A stretch of 64,000 nt of DNA from Eledone cirrhosa (taxonomy: Eukaryota): assembly GCA_964016885.1 (NCBI GenBank), contig OZ024742.1, forward strand, positions 215,078,001-215,142,000, given 5' to 3'. A program made the translations under genes and the position numbers. Below the pieces are notes generated by a model. The model was given only the letters and a program-made list of their open reading frames with translations. It did no database searches and was not told the origin of the DNA. This document shows positions 1 to 11,355 of this stretch, piece after piece (position 1 is the first letter of the stretch; every line of letters starts with the position of its first letter).

Positions 1-113
1 TATTGTTAGCACCCCAAACACTTAAATGGGTTTATATTAAAATATAACCTAATGTTTTTTGAGTGAGATGGTTACCAGTCAGAGATTAGCTTTAAACTAT
101 CTCTGTTATTGTA

Positions 114-180
<67 letters not shown>

Positions 181-510
181 CAATAACAATAAATATGAAG
201 ACTAAAATCCAAAGAGGGCTCGATAAGGAAAAATATATATGAAATATATAAAAACACTAGAGCAAATATATATATATCTATATACTTACATATATGTAGA
301 GTCCGGATGTGAATCGGGAGGCAACTTCTATTAGAAAAGGTGCTCAATACATTAATAGTGTTTATGTATATTCATCTTAATATGGCAATAACTTCTACTA
401 GAGAGGAACTGCTTCATTCATAAAAGATTACCAAGAAAATCTTGATGATTTCTCACAAAGGAAACATTTCTATTCCTGTAGAAGTCTTTTCGGTAATAAA
501 ATTAATATAC

Positions 511-558
<48 letters not shown>

Positions 559-1212
559 CATTGCCGATTACCTACTCTGTTTTTGTGAGGTTAGGTGTGC
601 GGTTGGTTACAAGCTAACAAATTCATGGCAAATGGATCCTGTACATTATTTAATATACACTATATAACTATATGTGCATAACGCTATGCGGAAGCACCAA
701 CAGGATATGACTCTGAATACAAATAAGTTTCACAGCTCATAAACATACACAAAAATCTTTCTTTTACCTCAGCTGAAGTGGGGAGTTATGTAGTATTGCT
801 AAACGTAAAAGAGCTGAAAACGATCTATTGTCGATTACTTACACCTGCTTTTGGTTACAAACCTAAAAGTAAATAGCGAAATACACTCAAACCATTTTTC
901 ATAAACATTATATTATCCCATATGCAATACGTACATATATAGTTATAACGCTATGTTGGAGCACCAATACAAACACACACACACACGCACACACACACAC
1001 ACACACATATACACTCACATACATACGTATATTTATATATATATGTGTGTGTGTGTATATATATATATATGTATATATATATACACACACAATGTATGTG
1101 TGTCTGTGTGTGTGTGTGCATCTGTGTGTGTGTGTCTTTGTACACATACACACACACAGATGCACACACACACAGATACACACGGATACATATATATATA
1201 TATATATATATA

Positions 1213-1350
1213 TCAATGATATTAATAAATGGAAACTATATTTATAAATCCATATTTATTGTATTATATATATTTCAAGGGTACCAACACGTTGGTACGC
1301 TGTCATCAGATACAATACAAGTTTGTTTTATAAATATTGACATATCCAGG
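1213..1350 (-). repeat. Solo PLE terminal-repeat fragment (same family as 58555/61600/61997)
   Basis: caatgatattaataaatggaaactatatttata...gtttgttttataaatattgacata matches 58555-58688. Flanked by (TA)n. Confidence 0.85.
1257..1317 (-). ncRNA. Minimal type I hammerhead ribozyme motif (CUGAUGA core)
   Basis: tattgtat-CUGAUGA-cagcgtaccaa(cgtg)ttggtaccctt-GAAA-tatata-UA-atacaata. 8 bp stem I; base of stem II mismatched. Confidence 0.75.
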
Positions 1351-1381
1351 AAGGAGATGTTAAATTAAATATTCATTTTGG

Positions 1382-1436
<55 letters not shown>

Positions 1437-1446
1437 AACGGGTAGG

Positions 1447-1537
1447 ACCCCGACGGCTGAGCTCAAGCCGTTTCGACGGCTAGTTCTGGACTAAATTAAC
1501 ATTTTTATCCTGGTATATGAGTAGCCGAGCTTCTCAG
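1447..1537 (-). ncRNA. Long-stem-II hammerhead-like motif, truncated at 5' strand of stem I
   Basis: CUGAGAA-gctcggcta...tagccgtc-GAAA-cggcttgagctcagccg-UC-ggggt. Confidence 0.5.
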
Positions 1538-2213
1538 TTTGCACTAGAATTTTTGTATCGTAGCGGCACCTTTAGAGATAGTATTAGTATTCTTTTTCGG
1601 GATTCTGATTTATTATTTCGTATTAGTTTATTTTCTGCACTGGGTGGTTGCTGGCCTTGTGCCTAGGGTAGAAACAATTATTTCGTATTGGTTCGGGACT
1701 CTGAATTATTATTTCGTGGTAGTTTCTTTAGTATTTTGGCCCCCCACTTGTTGACCTGTGACCGTAAGATATACTCGGTTGATTACTACTACCTCTTAAA
1801 AGGCTCTCATTATAATTCCGTCCCACCTAGTAAACTCTCCTATAGTCTACCAGTATCAGTGAGAGACTTGATGGCTGTCGTTAGGGAAGAATAGTAACCA
1901 GTAATTGTTTTTTATATTTAATTGTTTTTTTTAACTTTGTCGGTATTCTTCTATATATTTACCCCATATTGTTTTACATTTTGTTTCGACTTCCTCCCCC
2001 TCCCCCTCCCTAGTATACTTCCTTGACCTCCTGCCCTGCTGTAGTTGGCACTATCAACGCACGACTGGGTTTCCTCCACCCCCTCTCCCTCTTTCTTCTA
2101 CTGGCAGGTTCAGCTACCCCTTCCTTCCACAAATTGGCATGATAGAATTATGTGCCTCAACAACAGACTTTTGACCAATCCTTGTGACAATCACTTTTAC
2201 CATATATGGAATT

Positions 2214-2308
2214 ACCCCTGAAAAGCTCGGTTATTCATATACCAGGATACAAATTTTCATTTAGTCAAGAATTAGCCGTCGAAACGGCTTGAGCTCAGCC
2301 GTCGGGGT
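2214..2308 (+). ncRNA. Long-stem-II type I hammerhead-like motif (core CUGAAAA, non-canonical)
   Basis: accc-CUGAAAA-~55 nt stem II-GAAA-cggct(tgagctc)agccg-UC-ggggt. Confidence 0.55.
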
Positions 2309-2508
2309 CCTACTCGTTCCTATTACCTACTCTACTACCCTAAGTATTGAGTACTTTGGTGCGTTATGGTCCACCTGGTTCCTTACCACATTTCCTTCGT
2401 TATATATATATATATTCATCTCGGGAAATTTACCCGCCTTAGATATATATATATATAAAGATGTGAGAAAAAATGTGAGAAAAACCACAGACCCTCCATC
2501 TCAACTCA

Positions 2509-2546
2509 CCTTTTGAAAAGCAGAAGAACTGCGAAACCGGTAAAGG
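2509..2546 (+). ncRNA. Minimal type I hammerhead ribozyme motif, U3-A8 core variant
   Basis: cctt-UUGAAAA-gcag(aagaa)ctgc-GAAA-ccgg-UA-aagg: stems I and II perfect, palindromic stem III, GUA cleavage triplet. Confidence 0.75.
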
Positions 2547-2767
2547 AACCAAATAAATATATATATTTTTTAAAAAAATAAGACTCCAGTTGCATTTTCG
2601 ATTTCATCTCTTTTTCTTTATACTTCCACTCGTGTAGGACACCTCGGTTATTTTTCATTTTGTAAAAAAAAACCTCACTTTCTAATAAATATATATATAT
2701 ATATATATATATATCACATAAGAAACGGATAATCAGTGGTGCGACGCTTTAAGCATCTCGCAGCAAT

Positions 2768-2786
<19 letters not shown>

Positions 2787-2812
<26 letters not shown>

Positions 2813-2813
2813 G

Positions 2814-2895
<82 letters not shown>
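2787..2895. repeat. (GA)n microsatellite
   Basis: Direct reading. Confidence 0.98.
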
Positions 2896-2898
<3 letters not shown>

Positions 2899-3248
2899 TT
2901 TGGGTGTGGTCACGTTTCCAGTCTTGCCAATAAAATGAAACACGCACCCAGCATTATCTTTATTACTAGTTTTTCGATAATTCGTCAAATTTCTTTCGTC
3001 ACAGATTCTGTGGCCACCGCGATATGTCCACACAGACAAATATCTATCTATCACTCTCTATACATATATATTCATATACAAGTATATGTACACATGCACG
3101 TACACACATACACAATAAACATAGAAATAAAAAACATATATATATATATATCTAAAACCGTGTTCCCTTAGAAATACGAAATTTGTATACATATTTGTAC
3201 AACGCTATGCTTGAAGCAAAATCCTATTTCTCTCTCTATATATATATA

Positions 3249-3330
<82 letters not shown>

Positions 3331-3335
<5 letters not shown>

Positions 3336-3978
3336 GGGTAAAATTCCAGAGATTCATGGACGAGTTCTCCCCAGCGGTCTCTTATCATCATCAACGCTGC
3401 CATGTCCTGCGTATCCCAGAGAGCAATTTCTGTCCTTAGGCCATCAATAAATGTCAAACTCGGTTTCCCCTCTTCTACTGTATCCGTGTAGGGGCTTCCA
3501 CGGGATATTCAGCGGGCCAACAAAATATCAAAGAGGGCAAGGCCCATGAAAACGATGAAGTAGCATCGGAGGTGATGAAGAGGTGTGATTTTGATGAAAA
3601 CATTCTGGACCTCTGTACCAAAACACTGGAGAAAGGAGTTGCTCCGAATCAGTGAAGTATCAGTAACTTCGTCTAATTGCAAAATTAGCGAGATCTCTCC
3701 AACACCAACAATTGCAGGCGGATCTCATTGACGTCACTTATGGAAAAGACCTCGAGGGCCACATGGCTCACATATGTGTTGTCTGAGATCCACACACGAC
3801 AAATAATTGCGCACATTACAGCTAATTGTTTATTTAATATTACGAAGATAAAACATGTTGGCATGTAAAAATCTGTGTGCGGGCTGGAGGTGTGCTTGTC
3901 AAGAGACGCATGTCTGTTCAACAGGATGATTCTTAACAAGATCCAGCCCGAGATGGAGAAGAAACTCAGGGATAACTA
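3331..3978 (+). mobile_element. RTE-like non-LTR retrotransposon remnant
   Basis: Ends in LFNRMILNKIQPEMEKKLRDN, the pre-RT motif of RTE-type LINEs. Remainder decayed. Confidence 0.45.
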
Positions 3979-4234
3979 GTTGAAAATTGCAAACTTGACT
4001 GTCACCACACATTATGAACCTGAAGATTGCGAAAGCATGAAAGTACTTGTTCAATTAACACTTAACATTTAATATTCTATCAAACTATTTCATTATAATA
4101 CCATTATAAATTTTAAAGGATTGTAAATAAAACGAGTAAATCAAACAAAGTTGGGATTCCTTTTATTAATATAATCTTCTATACACAATCATATACACCC
4201 GTGTATATTTATCTATCTATATATCTATATCTAT

Positions 4235-4346
<112 letters not shown>

Positions 4347-4544
4347 GATCAAAATGGATGCATGAGAGCGTGTTAGACAATTATTCACCAGAGGGCTCGA
4401 GTTTTGGGGTAATAGAGTGTGGTAACATGAAAGAGTCGGGACCCTGGTGGCTGAGCTCGTGCCGTTTCAACAGCTAGTTTGGAACTAGCTGTTGAAACGA
4501 CAATACCTCAGTCGTCATGTTCCTGCTCTTTCATACACACGCAC

Positions 4545-4576
<32 letters not shown>

Positions 4577-4997
4577 GTAAAAGGAAAAAAAAATGTTGAC
4601 AAATTCTTCCCAGTGAAAAATAGTTTAATTAGGAATAAGTAAAAATTAGTAATAAGTATTGGTTAGTATTCAGTTTTAGTTTTAAGTTTTTACCGGTTGT
4701 GCATTTCTAATGCTTTTCAAAAATAAATTTTGAGATAGAGCGCCCGTGATGTTTGCTCTAACCTGATCAATTTTGGAAATTCTACCTGTTTTATGTGAAA
4801 AAAGTGGCCCGAGAGGTATTAAAATAAGTTTCGCTCCAATTCGTGTTGCAGCAATTCTTATGGTCAAAACAATTTTGATTGGTCGGTAGAGGTCACGTGA
4901 ATGTTAAAAATTGATTTTGCGCCAAATGTAGGTTTGTCGAAGAGTGTCCTTTTTCGCCTGATTGAGAAGTCACTGAAAAATAAGTCTTTTAAGACAA

Positions 4998-5062
<65 letters not shown>

Positions 5063-5221
5063 TGTGTGTCTGTGTGTGTATTAAAGAGGTCCATTTTTGT
5101 GATAATGGTCAGTAGGGATGTGTGTGTGAATTGCAGTCATGTTGAAAGGTCAACAGTTCAGGTGCCTATTAAGACAAATATGGTGTGTGTGTGTGTGTGT
5201 ATGTGTGTATGTGTGTATATG

Positions 5222-5272
<51 letters not shown>

Positions 5273-5382
5273 CAGAGTAATTCCTGGTTAAGTGATCGGT
5301 CGGTAGTAATGTGTCTGTACGTGTGTGGTGGATATTTTAACATGCTGAAAGATATTTTTCAGCTCTTGTCTTATCCGGAGAA

Positions 5383-5414
<32 letters not shown>

Positions 5415-5837
5415 CTTTGTATGTTAGTGTACGCGTGTGTATATGTGTGTGTATATGTGTGTATGTATGTATGTGTGTGGGTGTGGGTGGACCAGTATTT
5501 TTGTGATACTGGTAAAAATGGTGTACATTATTCGATATTTTCAGCAAAAACGATTCTCTCAAGAGAACACCAAAAACATTAATAATAAAAGGGGTGAAAT
5601 GATATATAGTATTGTCATAACACCAAGGTGTGTGTGAGTGTCCAGATTGTACGTACTGCAAGGGGAATCCATTAGGCCCTGCCGTATTGGAATACTTGTG
5701 TACAAATATGTATGTGCCCATCAGTGTGCAATGCAAGTGTGCGTATATGTATGTGTGTGTGTCTGCAGTCTACATAGAGCACTCATTTTTCCTGTACCTT
5801 TCCGACGGAAATACTTCATTTATATATATATATATAT

Positions 5838-5961
5838 GAACGAGTAGGACCCCGACAGCTGAGCTCAAGCCGTTTCGACGGCTAATTCTGGACTAAAATA
5901 TTTTAGTCCAGAATTAGCCGTCGAAACGGCTTGAGCTCAGCCGTCGGGGTCCTACTCGTTC
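5838..5961. repeat. 124 bp near-perfect palindrome made of hammerhead 3' halves
   Basis: 62 bp arms, no spacer, centre 5899|5900, one mismatch. Confidence 0.95.
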
Positions 5962-6040
5962 CTATTACCCACTCTACTACCCTAAGTATTGAGTACTTTG
6001 GTGCGTTATGTTCCACCTGGTTCTTACCACATTTCCTTCG

Positions 6041-6093
<53 letters not shown>

Positions 6094-6771
6094 GTCAGCA
6101 TTTTCTTTTCCTTTTACTAATATATATATATATATATAATTATATATATATTAAACAATTAAGTCAAAGAATTAGCCGTCGAAACGGCTTGAGCTCAGCT
6201 GTCGGGGTCCTACTCGTTCATATATATATAAATGAAGTATTTCCGTCGGAAAGGTACAGGAAAAATGAGTGCTCTATGTAGACTGCAAAGTTATTTGTTT
6301 TTATATATATATTAGTAATAGGAAAAGAAAATGGTGACAAACTTTTCCCAGTGAAAAATAGATTAATTAGGAATAAATATAAATTAGTAATAATTATTGG
6401 TTAGTATTCAGTTTCAGTTTTAAGTTGTTACCGGTTGCGCATTTCTAATGCTTTTCAAAACTAATTTTGAGACAGGGCGCTCGTGATGTCTGCTCTAATC
6501 TGATCAGTTTTGGAAATTCTTCCTGTTTTATGTGAAAAAAGTCGCTCCAGAGGTTTTAAGATTTGGTTGGTTGTTGAATGTCACATGAATGAGTACTATA
6601 ATTATCGCGCTAATTCGTGTTGAAGAAGTTCTTGTAGTCAAAACAATTTTGATTGGTCGGTAGAGGTCACGTGAATGTTAAAAATTGATTTTGCGCCAAA
6701 TGTAGCTTTGTCGAAGAGGGTCCTTTTTCGCCTGATTGAGAAGTCACTGAAAAATAAGTCTTTTAAGACAA

Positions 6772-6898
<127 letters not shown>

Positions 6899-7649
6899 TC
6901 TGTGTGTAGCAGAGTGGTTCGTGGTAGAGGGAATAAATTCGGTCAGTATGAATGTGTGTGACGTGGTGCGGAATATGTTAACATGTTAAAAAGATATTTT
7001 TCAGCTCTTGTCTTATACGGAGAAGTGTGTGTGTGTGTGTGTGTATGTGTGTGTGTGTGTGTGTATGTCTGTTTGTATGTTAGTGTACGCGTGTGTATGT
7101 GTGTGTGTATATGTTTGTGTGTGTATGTGTGTGTGTGTGTGTGTGGATGGACCGGTATTTTTGTGATACTGGTAAAAATTATTCGATATTTTCAGTAATT
7201 TGCAAAAACGATTCTCTCAAAAGAACATCAAAAACATTAATAATAAAAGGGGTGAAATGATGTATAGTATTGTCATAACACCGAGGTGTGTGTGAGTGTC
7301 CAGATTGTACGTACTGCAGGGGGAATCCATTAGGCCCTGCCGTATGGGAATACTTGTGTACAAATATGTATGTGCCCATTAGTGTGCAATGCATGTGTGC
7401 ATATATGTATATGTGTGTGTCGGCACGTTTATATCTATAAACATCAAAAGGTATTCAAATGTGTGTATATTTGTGTTGCACCATAGAACATGTATGTTTA
7501 CGCATGTCATTGTGTTTATATGTGGATAGAAATGTATGTAGGATTTATGCTGATGTAGGTTTGTATGTTGACGTGTGTATGTTGTGGGTTCGTCTTAGGG
7601 AGAAGTGTTTAGATGGGGTTCCGTATTTGTTAATAAAGTGAGATTCCAT

Positions 7650-7776
7650 CGTTAGTTTATCGACCTCGTAAGGATGAAAGGCAAAGTTAACATCGGCGGG
7701 ATTTGAACTCAGAATAGCAAGGGCCCTAACTCTGTGCGTCAAACATGGCATCCGACCCGCTACTAATACTGCCAAT
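7650..7776 (-). mobile_element. tRNA-derived SINE, 3'-truncated (subfamily B)
   Basis: Reverse complement has an A-box-like TGGCAGTATTAG and B-box GAGTTCAAATC, then ctttgcctttcatcc body. Confidence 0.85.
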
Positions 7777-7787
7777 TAATAATAATG

Positions 7788-7823
<36 letters not shown>

Positions 7824-7850
7824 ATATATATATATAATATCATTATTATT

Positions 7851-8036
7851 AATTGGCAGTATCAGTAGACGGTCAGACGCCATGCTTTGACGCACAGAGT
7901 TAAGGCCCTTGCTATTCTGAGTTCATATCCCGCCGATGTTAACTTTGCCTTTCATCCTTACGAGGTCGATAAAATAACGTACCAGTCATGCACATGAGTA
8001 ATTACTGGCCTTGTGCCAAAATTAGAAACAATTATT
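7851..8036 (+). mobile_element. tRNA-derived SINE (subfamily B)
   Basis: ttggcagtatcagtag...ctgagttcatatcccgccg...ggccttgtgccaaaattagaaacaattatt. Confidence 0.9.
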
Positions 8037-8037
8037 A

Positions 8038-8396
8038 CTAGCTGACGTACCGAGCTTCGCCCCGGTAAACAGATGATAAGAGAAGACAGGTAAAAGAGAA
8101 AATGACTGTATTGGATGATTGTCTGGTTACAGTATGAGGCGAATCCGTGGTGTCTGTGTGATACAAAAAACAGTAAAATAAATCTTCCAGATATACCAGA
8201 TTCTTCGTTGTACCATTTGTGCATAGTATATGAACAATTCTAGGTGGTCTCACCTAGAATAGTGATTTCTAGGAGATGTTTCATCTTCTGCTTGACTGTA
8301 AAACGTGTATCATTGCATAGACATGGTTGTTCCACGTTTCTCAAGAGGATGATGGAAGTTCCAATCTTTTATATTATATCTAGATATAGATATAGA
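8038..8396 (-). mobile_element. Non-autonomous Helitron (~360 bp)
   Basis: Minus strand: 5' TCTATATCTATATCTAGATATAATATAAAAG; 3' hairpin accggggcgaagctcggt + acgtcagCTAG|T. Shares ~285 bp with 9252-9535. Confidence 0.75.
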
Positions 8397-9251
8397 TAAT
8401 TAATATAAAAGATGATGCTCAGCCAGTTCGTCTTCCACCATCGCAGCACGCCGTCGCTGCTTGGCTCCAGTGCTTCGTTGGCCTTGTTCAGCCAGCTCCG
8501 CTTCATTCATAGCGGCACGTCTTTGCCTCTGATGTTCGGCTTTCCGATGGCGCTATTCGGCCCGTTTTTCTTAATTCCTGGCTGCACGCCGTCGCCGCTG
8601 TGGTTCACTGTTTGATAAAGTCGAATTGATTTTATTATCAGTATTCATTTCGAGCAATTGTCAAAAAATGACACAATAATAAATATAAAAGATGTCCGTC
8701 AATGTAACAAATGGTCCCTATTTGCTCCCTTCACAACTCTGTGTATGTTAGACTGACCAACAGGCACATAGAGAGATAAACTGCGTGGCGATTGTGGAAC
8801 GCTGCACGTACACACACATACACGCATGGAAACGCGCACACGCACGCAAACTTACACACGCACCCGTGCACCTACACACACGCATACACTCACACATGTT
8901 GATAGTTTTTACTTCCTGTGGAACGCTGCACGCACGCACACACCAATAAATATACGCGCACGTACATACACACGCACACGTGTTAATAGTTATTGCTTTC
9001 CTTCCCCTCTTATTTCCCAACACATCACACACACACACATGTCTCTACACTGACACATATACATAGTGTATCTAACACAGCGTTCACTTTGCCTCTCTGT
9101 TTCTTACCCTCCCCTCTCACTCCCTCATTGGCATTATGCATATTAATTTCAGTTTGGCGTCGTTGAGATGGGCGGAGTCGTTTGAAACCCATGAACCAAT
9201 GATAATCGAGATTTATGACACACGGAATACTGACATTGTTGAAATTAATAT

Positions 9252-9933
9252 TAGTTGACGCACCCAACTTCGCTCAGGTAAACAGATGATAAGAGAAGAC
9301 AGGTAAAAGAGAAAATGACTGTATTGGATGTTTGCCTGGTTACACTATGAGGCGAGTCCGTGGTATTGGTGTGATACCAAAAACTGTAAAAAAAATATTC
9401 CAGATATACCAAATTCTTCGATGTACCGTTCGTGCATAGTATATGAACAATTCTAGGTGCTCCCACCTAGAATAATTACCTCTAGGAGATGGTTCATCTT
9501 GTACCTGACTGTAAAACGTGTATCATTGCATAGATGTTTCCCAACTGCATCAACCATCGGCCATATGTCTCAGTCTCTTCGCTTTGCCCGAACATACGAA
9601 GTCGCATATTATCGTGTAATCGCAAAACTCTGAAATGGCGCCACAACGGGGACTTTTTCAGACATGCATCGACAATTTGCGCTCTGGGAGCATTCCTAAC
9701 AATTGGTAGCACCTGTCTGAAATCGCCACCAAGAACGATAGTCTTACCACCGAATGGCAGGTCACTATCGAAGATATCTCTCAAAGTTCTGCCCGATGCC
9801 TCCAGCAAATATCTGTGTGACATTGGATCCTCGTCCCAAATAATCAGAGACGTATTGCCTATAAGGCCCGCGAGTTCACTTTGTCCTGTAATGTTACAGA
9901 CACTCAACTCAACCGGAGCCAATGGAGCCTTGA
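9252..9933 (-). mobile_element. 5'-truncated Helitron fragment with PIF1 helicase remnant
   Basis: Translation VCNITGQSELA..IIWDEDPM..GGKTIVLGGDFRQVLPIV..KSPLW..LHDNMR. Degenerate 3' hairpin and CTA(A) end homologous to the 8038 element. Confidence 0.85.
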
Positions 9934-10429
9934 ACACACGGAATACTGACATTGTTGAAATTAATATATATATTAAGGCGATAAAAGGCCATTGCTTCAT
10001 ACACACACAAGCGCACACAAATACATGTATATTGTTTTGGTTTCCAACAACTTCTCCCACACAATAAACTTTAACTTCTCTGCCATCACAATCGCCGCCA
10101 CCGTCGCTATCGTCTTCACCACGAGGCACATGCATATAAGCAAATTCCTTGTACATTCAATTGTTATTGAGTAGAAGAGGGGTGACATATCTAACACAAA
10201 ACATGCTTAACAAATAACAGAGAATTTTTATTTTCAATATAGAAATAATAAAAAAAAAGGGGAAACAAAAGGAAAGAAAGAATAGGGGAATATTGAAAAG
10301 AAAGAGAGAAAGAAAGAAGAAAAGAAACGGGAAGTAGCGGGGATGGCAAGAACTCTGGTGTCGCAGGAGGAATGAGGAGGGGGGGGGGGGTGATTGGGCT
10401 TTGGGACTAGGACAAGAGATAGGAAGTGC

Positions 10430-10835
10430 TGCGCCCCGCTGAAAACACGGCAAATTCATTCCCCAGGACGATTGCTAGTGACACCTGCTGCCACAGCCGC
10501 CCAACCTCGCGGGGTTCCCTCCTCAGATGGACCGCTGACGCTCCGACATTGCGGAGGAGCTCGGCAGTACGCGATCCAAGTTCGCCTTAGGTCTCGACAG
10601 TGACCGGTGCAAAGAGGAAGCGGCCAGAGAAACCCCGGAATTACAAAAACGTTCAAAGCGGAGAAGTTGTCGCAGCAGGTGGCGTTCCAGATGAGGGTTC
10701 TACCTTCTTCGAATAGGAAGAGGGTGAATCCATCGGGTCCCTTGTCGTCTCCGTGGTCAGGTCTACTGGCTCCAATTCAGATGGAAAGTCAGCTGCGTCC
10801 AGGCTTCTTCTCAACATGTCGTTGAGAGCGGCGTG
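10430..10835 (-). mobile_element. CRE-like non-LTR retrotransposon 3' fragment (restriction-like endonuclease region)
   Basis: Frameshifted translation RHAALNDMLRRSL..ELEP..DKGPDGFTL..GRTLIWNATCCDNF..FAPVTVET*G..GEPRE..QQVSLAIVLGN matches the remembered RLE motif set RH.ALND..EP..RPDG..WD.TC..VET.G..QR.S.AI.RGN. Confidence 0.65.
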
Positions 10836-11355
10836 TCGGGGAACCGGCCTGAAATTTGATACCTTTGAAAATCTGACATTACTCTGCACGACATCAGGCA
10901 TACTCATTGAACCAGAACTAATTTTTCTTCTCTTCTCTCACTTCGTGACCATCCCCCATTTTGGCGCAAAATATGCTATGTCTAATCACGGGACACTAAC
11001 CAGCTATTCGTGGAGCTTACATTTTCTATGCCCTATCACGTGACTGTCACCGACAAAAGAAATCGCAAATACAATTTTGAGCCACTTTTTCTGGCGCGAA
11101 ATTTACTGTCCTTAATAACGTGACAGTCATCAACGAACCAAATTACATTTTTAAGAAATAGCAATCTGATCCACTTTTTTCGTATAAAGCAGAAAGAACT
11201 TTCGAATTCCAACTAGACGCGAGACAAACGACAACAGAGACACATCCCTCCGTCTTAATTTTAATTTTGAAAATCATAAGAACTATGAAAGTAAATAAAT
11301 ATTCTTAAAAGACTCCAGTTGCATTTTCAATTTCATTTTTTTACATATATATATA

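Larger units (their letters stand above)
1436..2400 (+). mobile_element. Non-coding PLE terminal-repeat derivative with ~100 bp inverted ends
   Basis: 1436-1537 is the reverse complement of 2218-2319. 2080-2320 resembles the 3' end of the Naiad-like element at 41850-42130. Embedded in (TA)n. Confidence 0.7.

Noticed and set aside
9494-10156. 220 aa ORF as a host PIF1 gene
   Set aside because: Only the part from 9933 downward is helicase-like. It is truncated, lacks Walker A and is joined to a Helitron 3' end.
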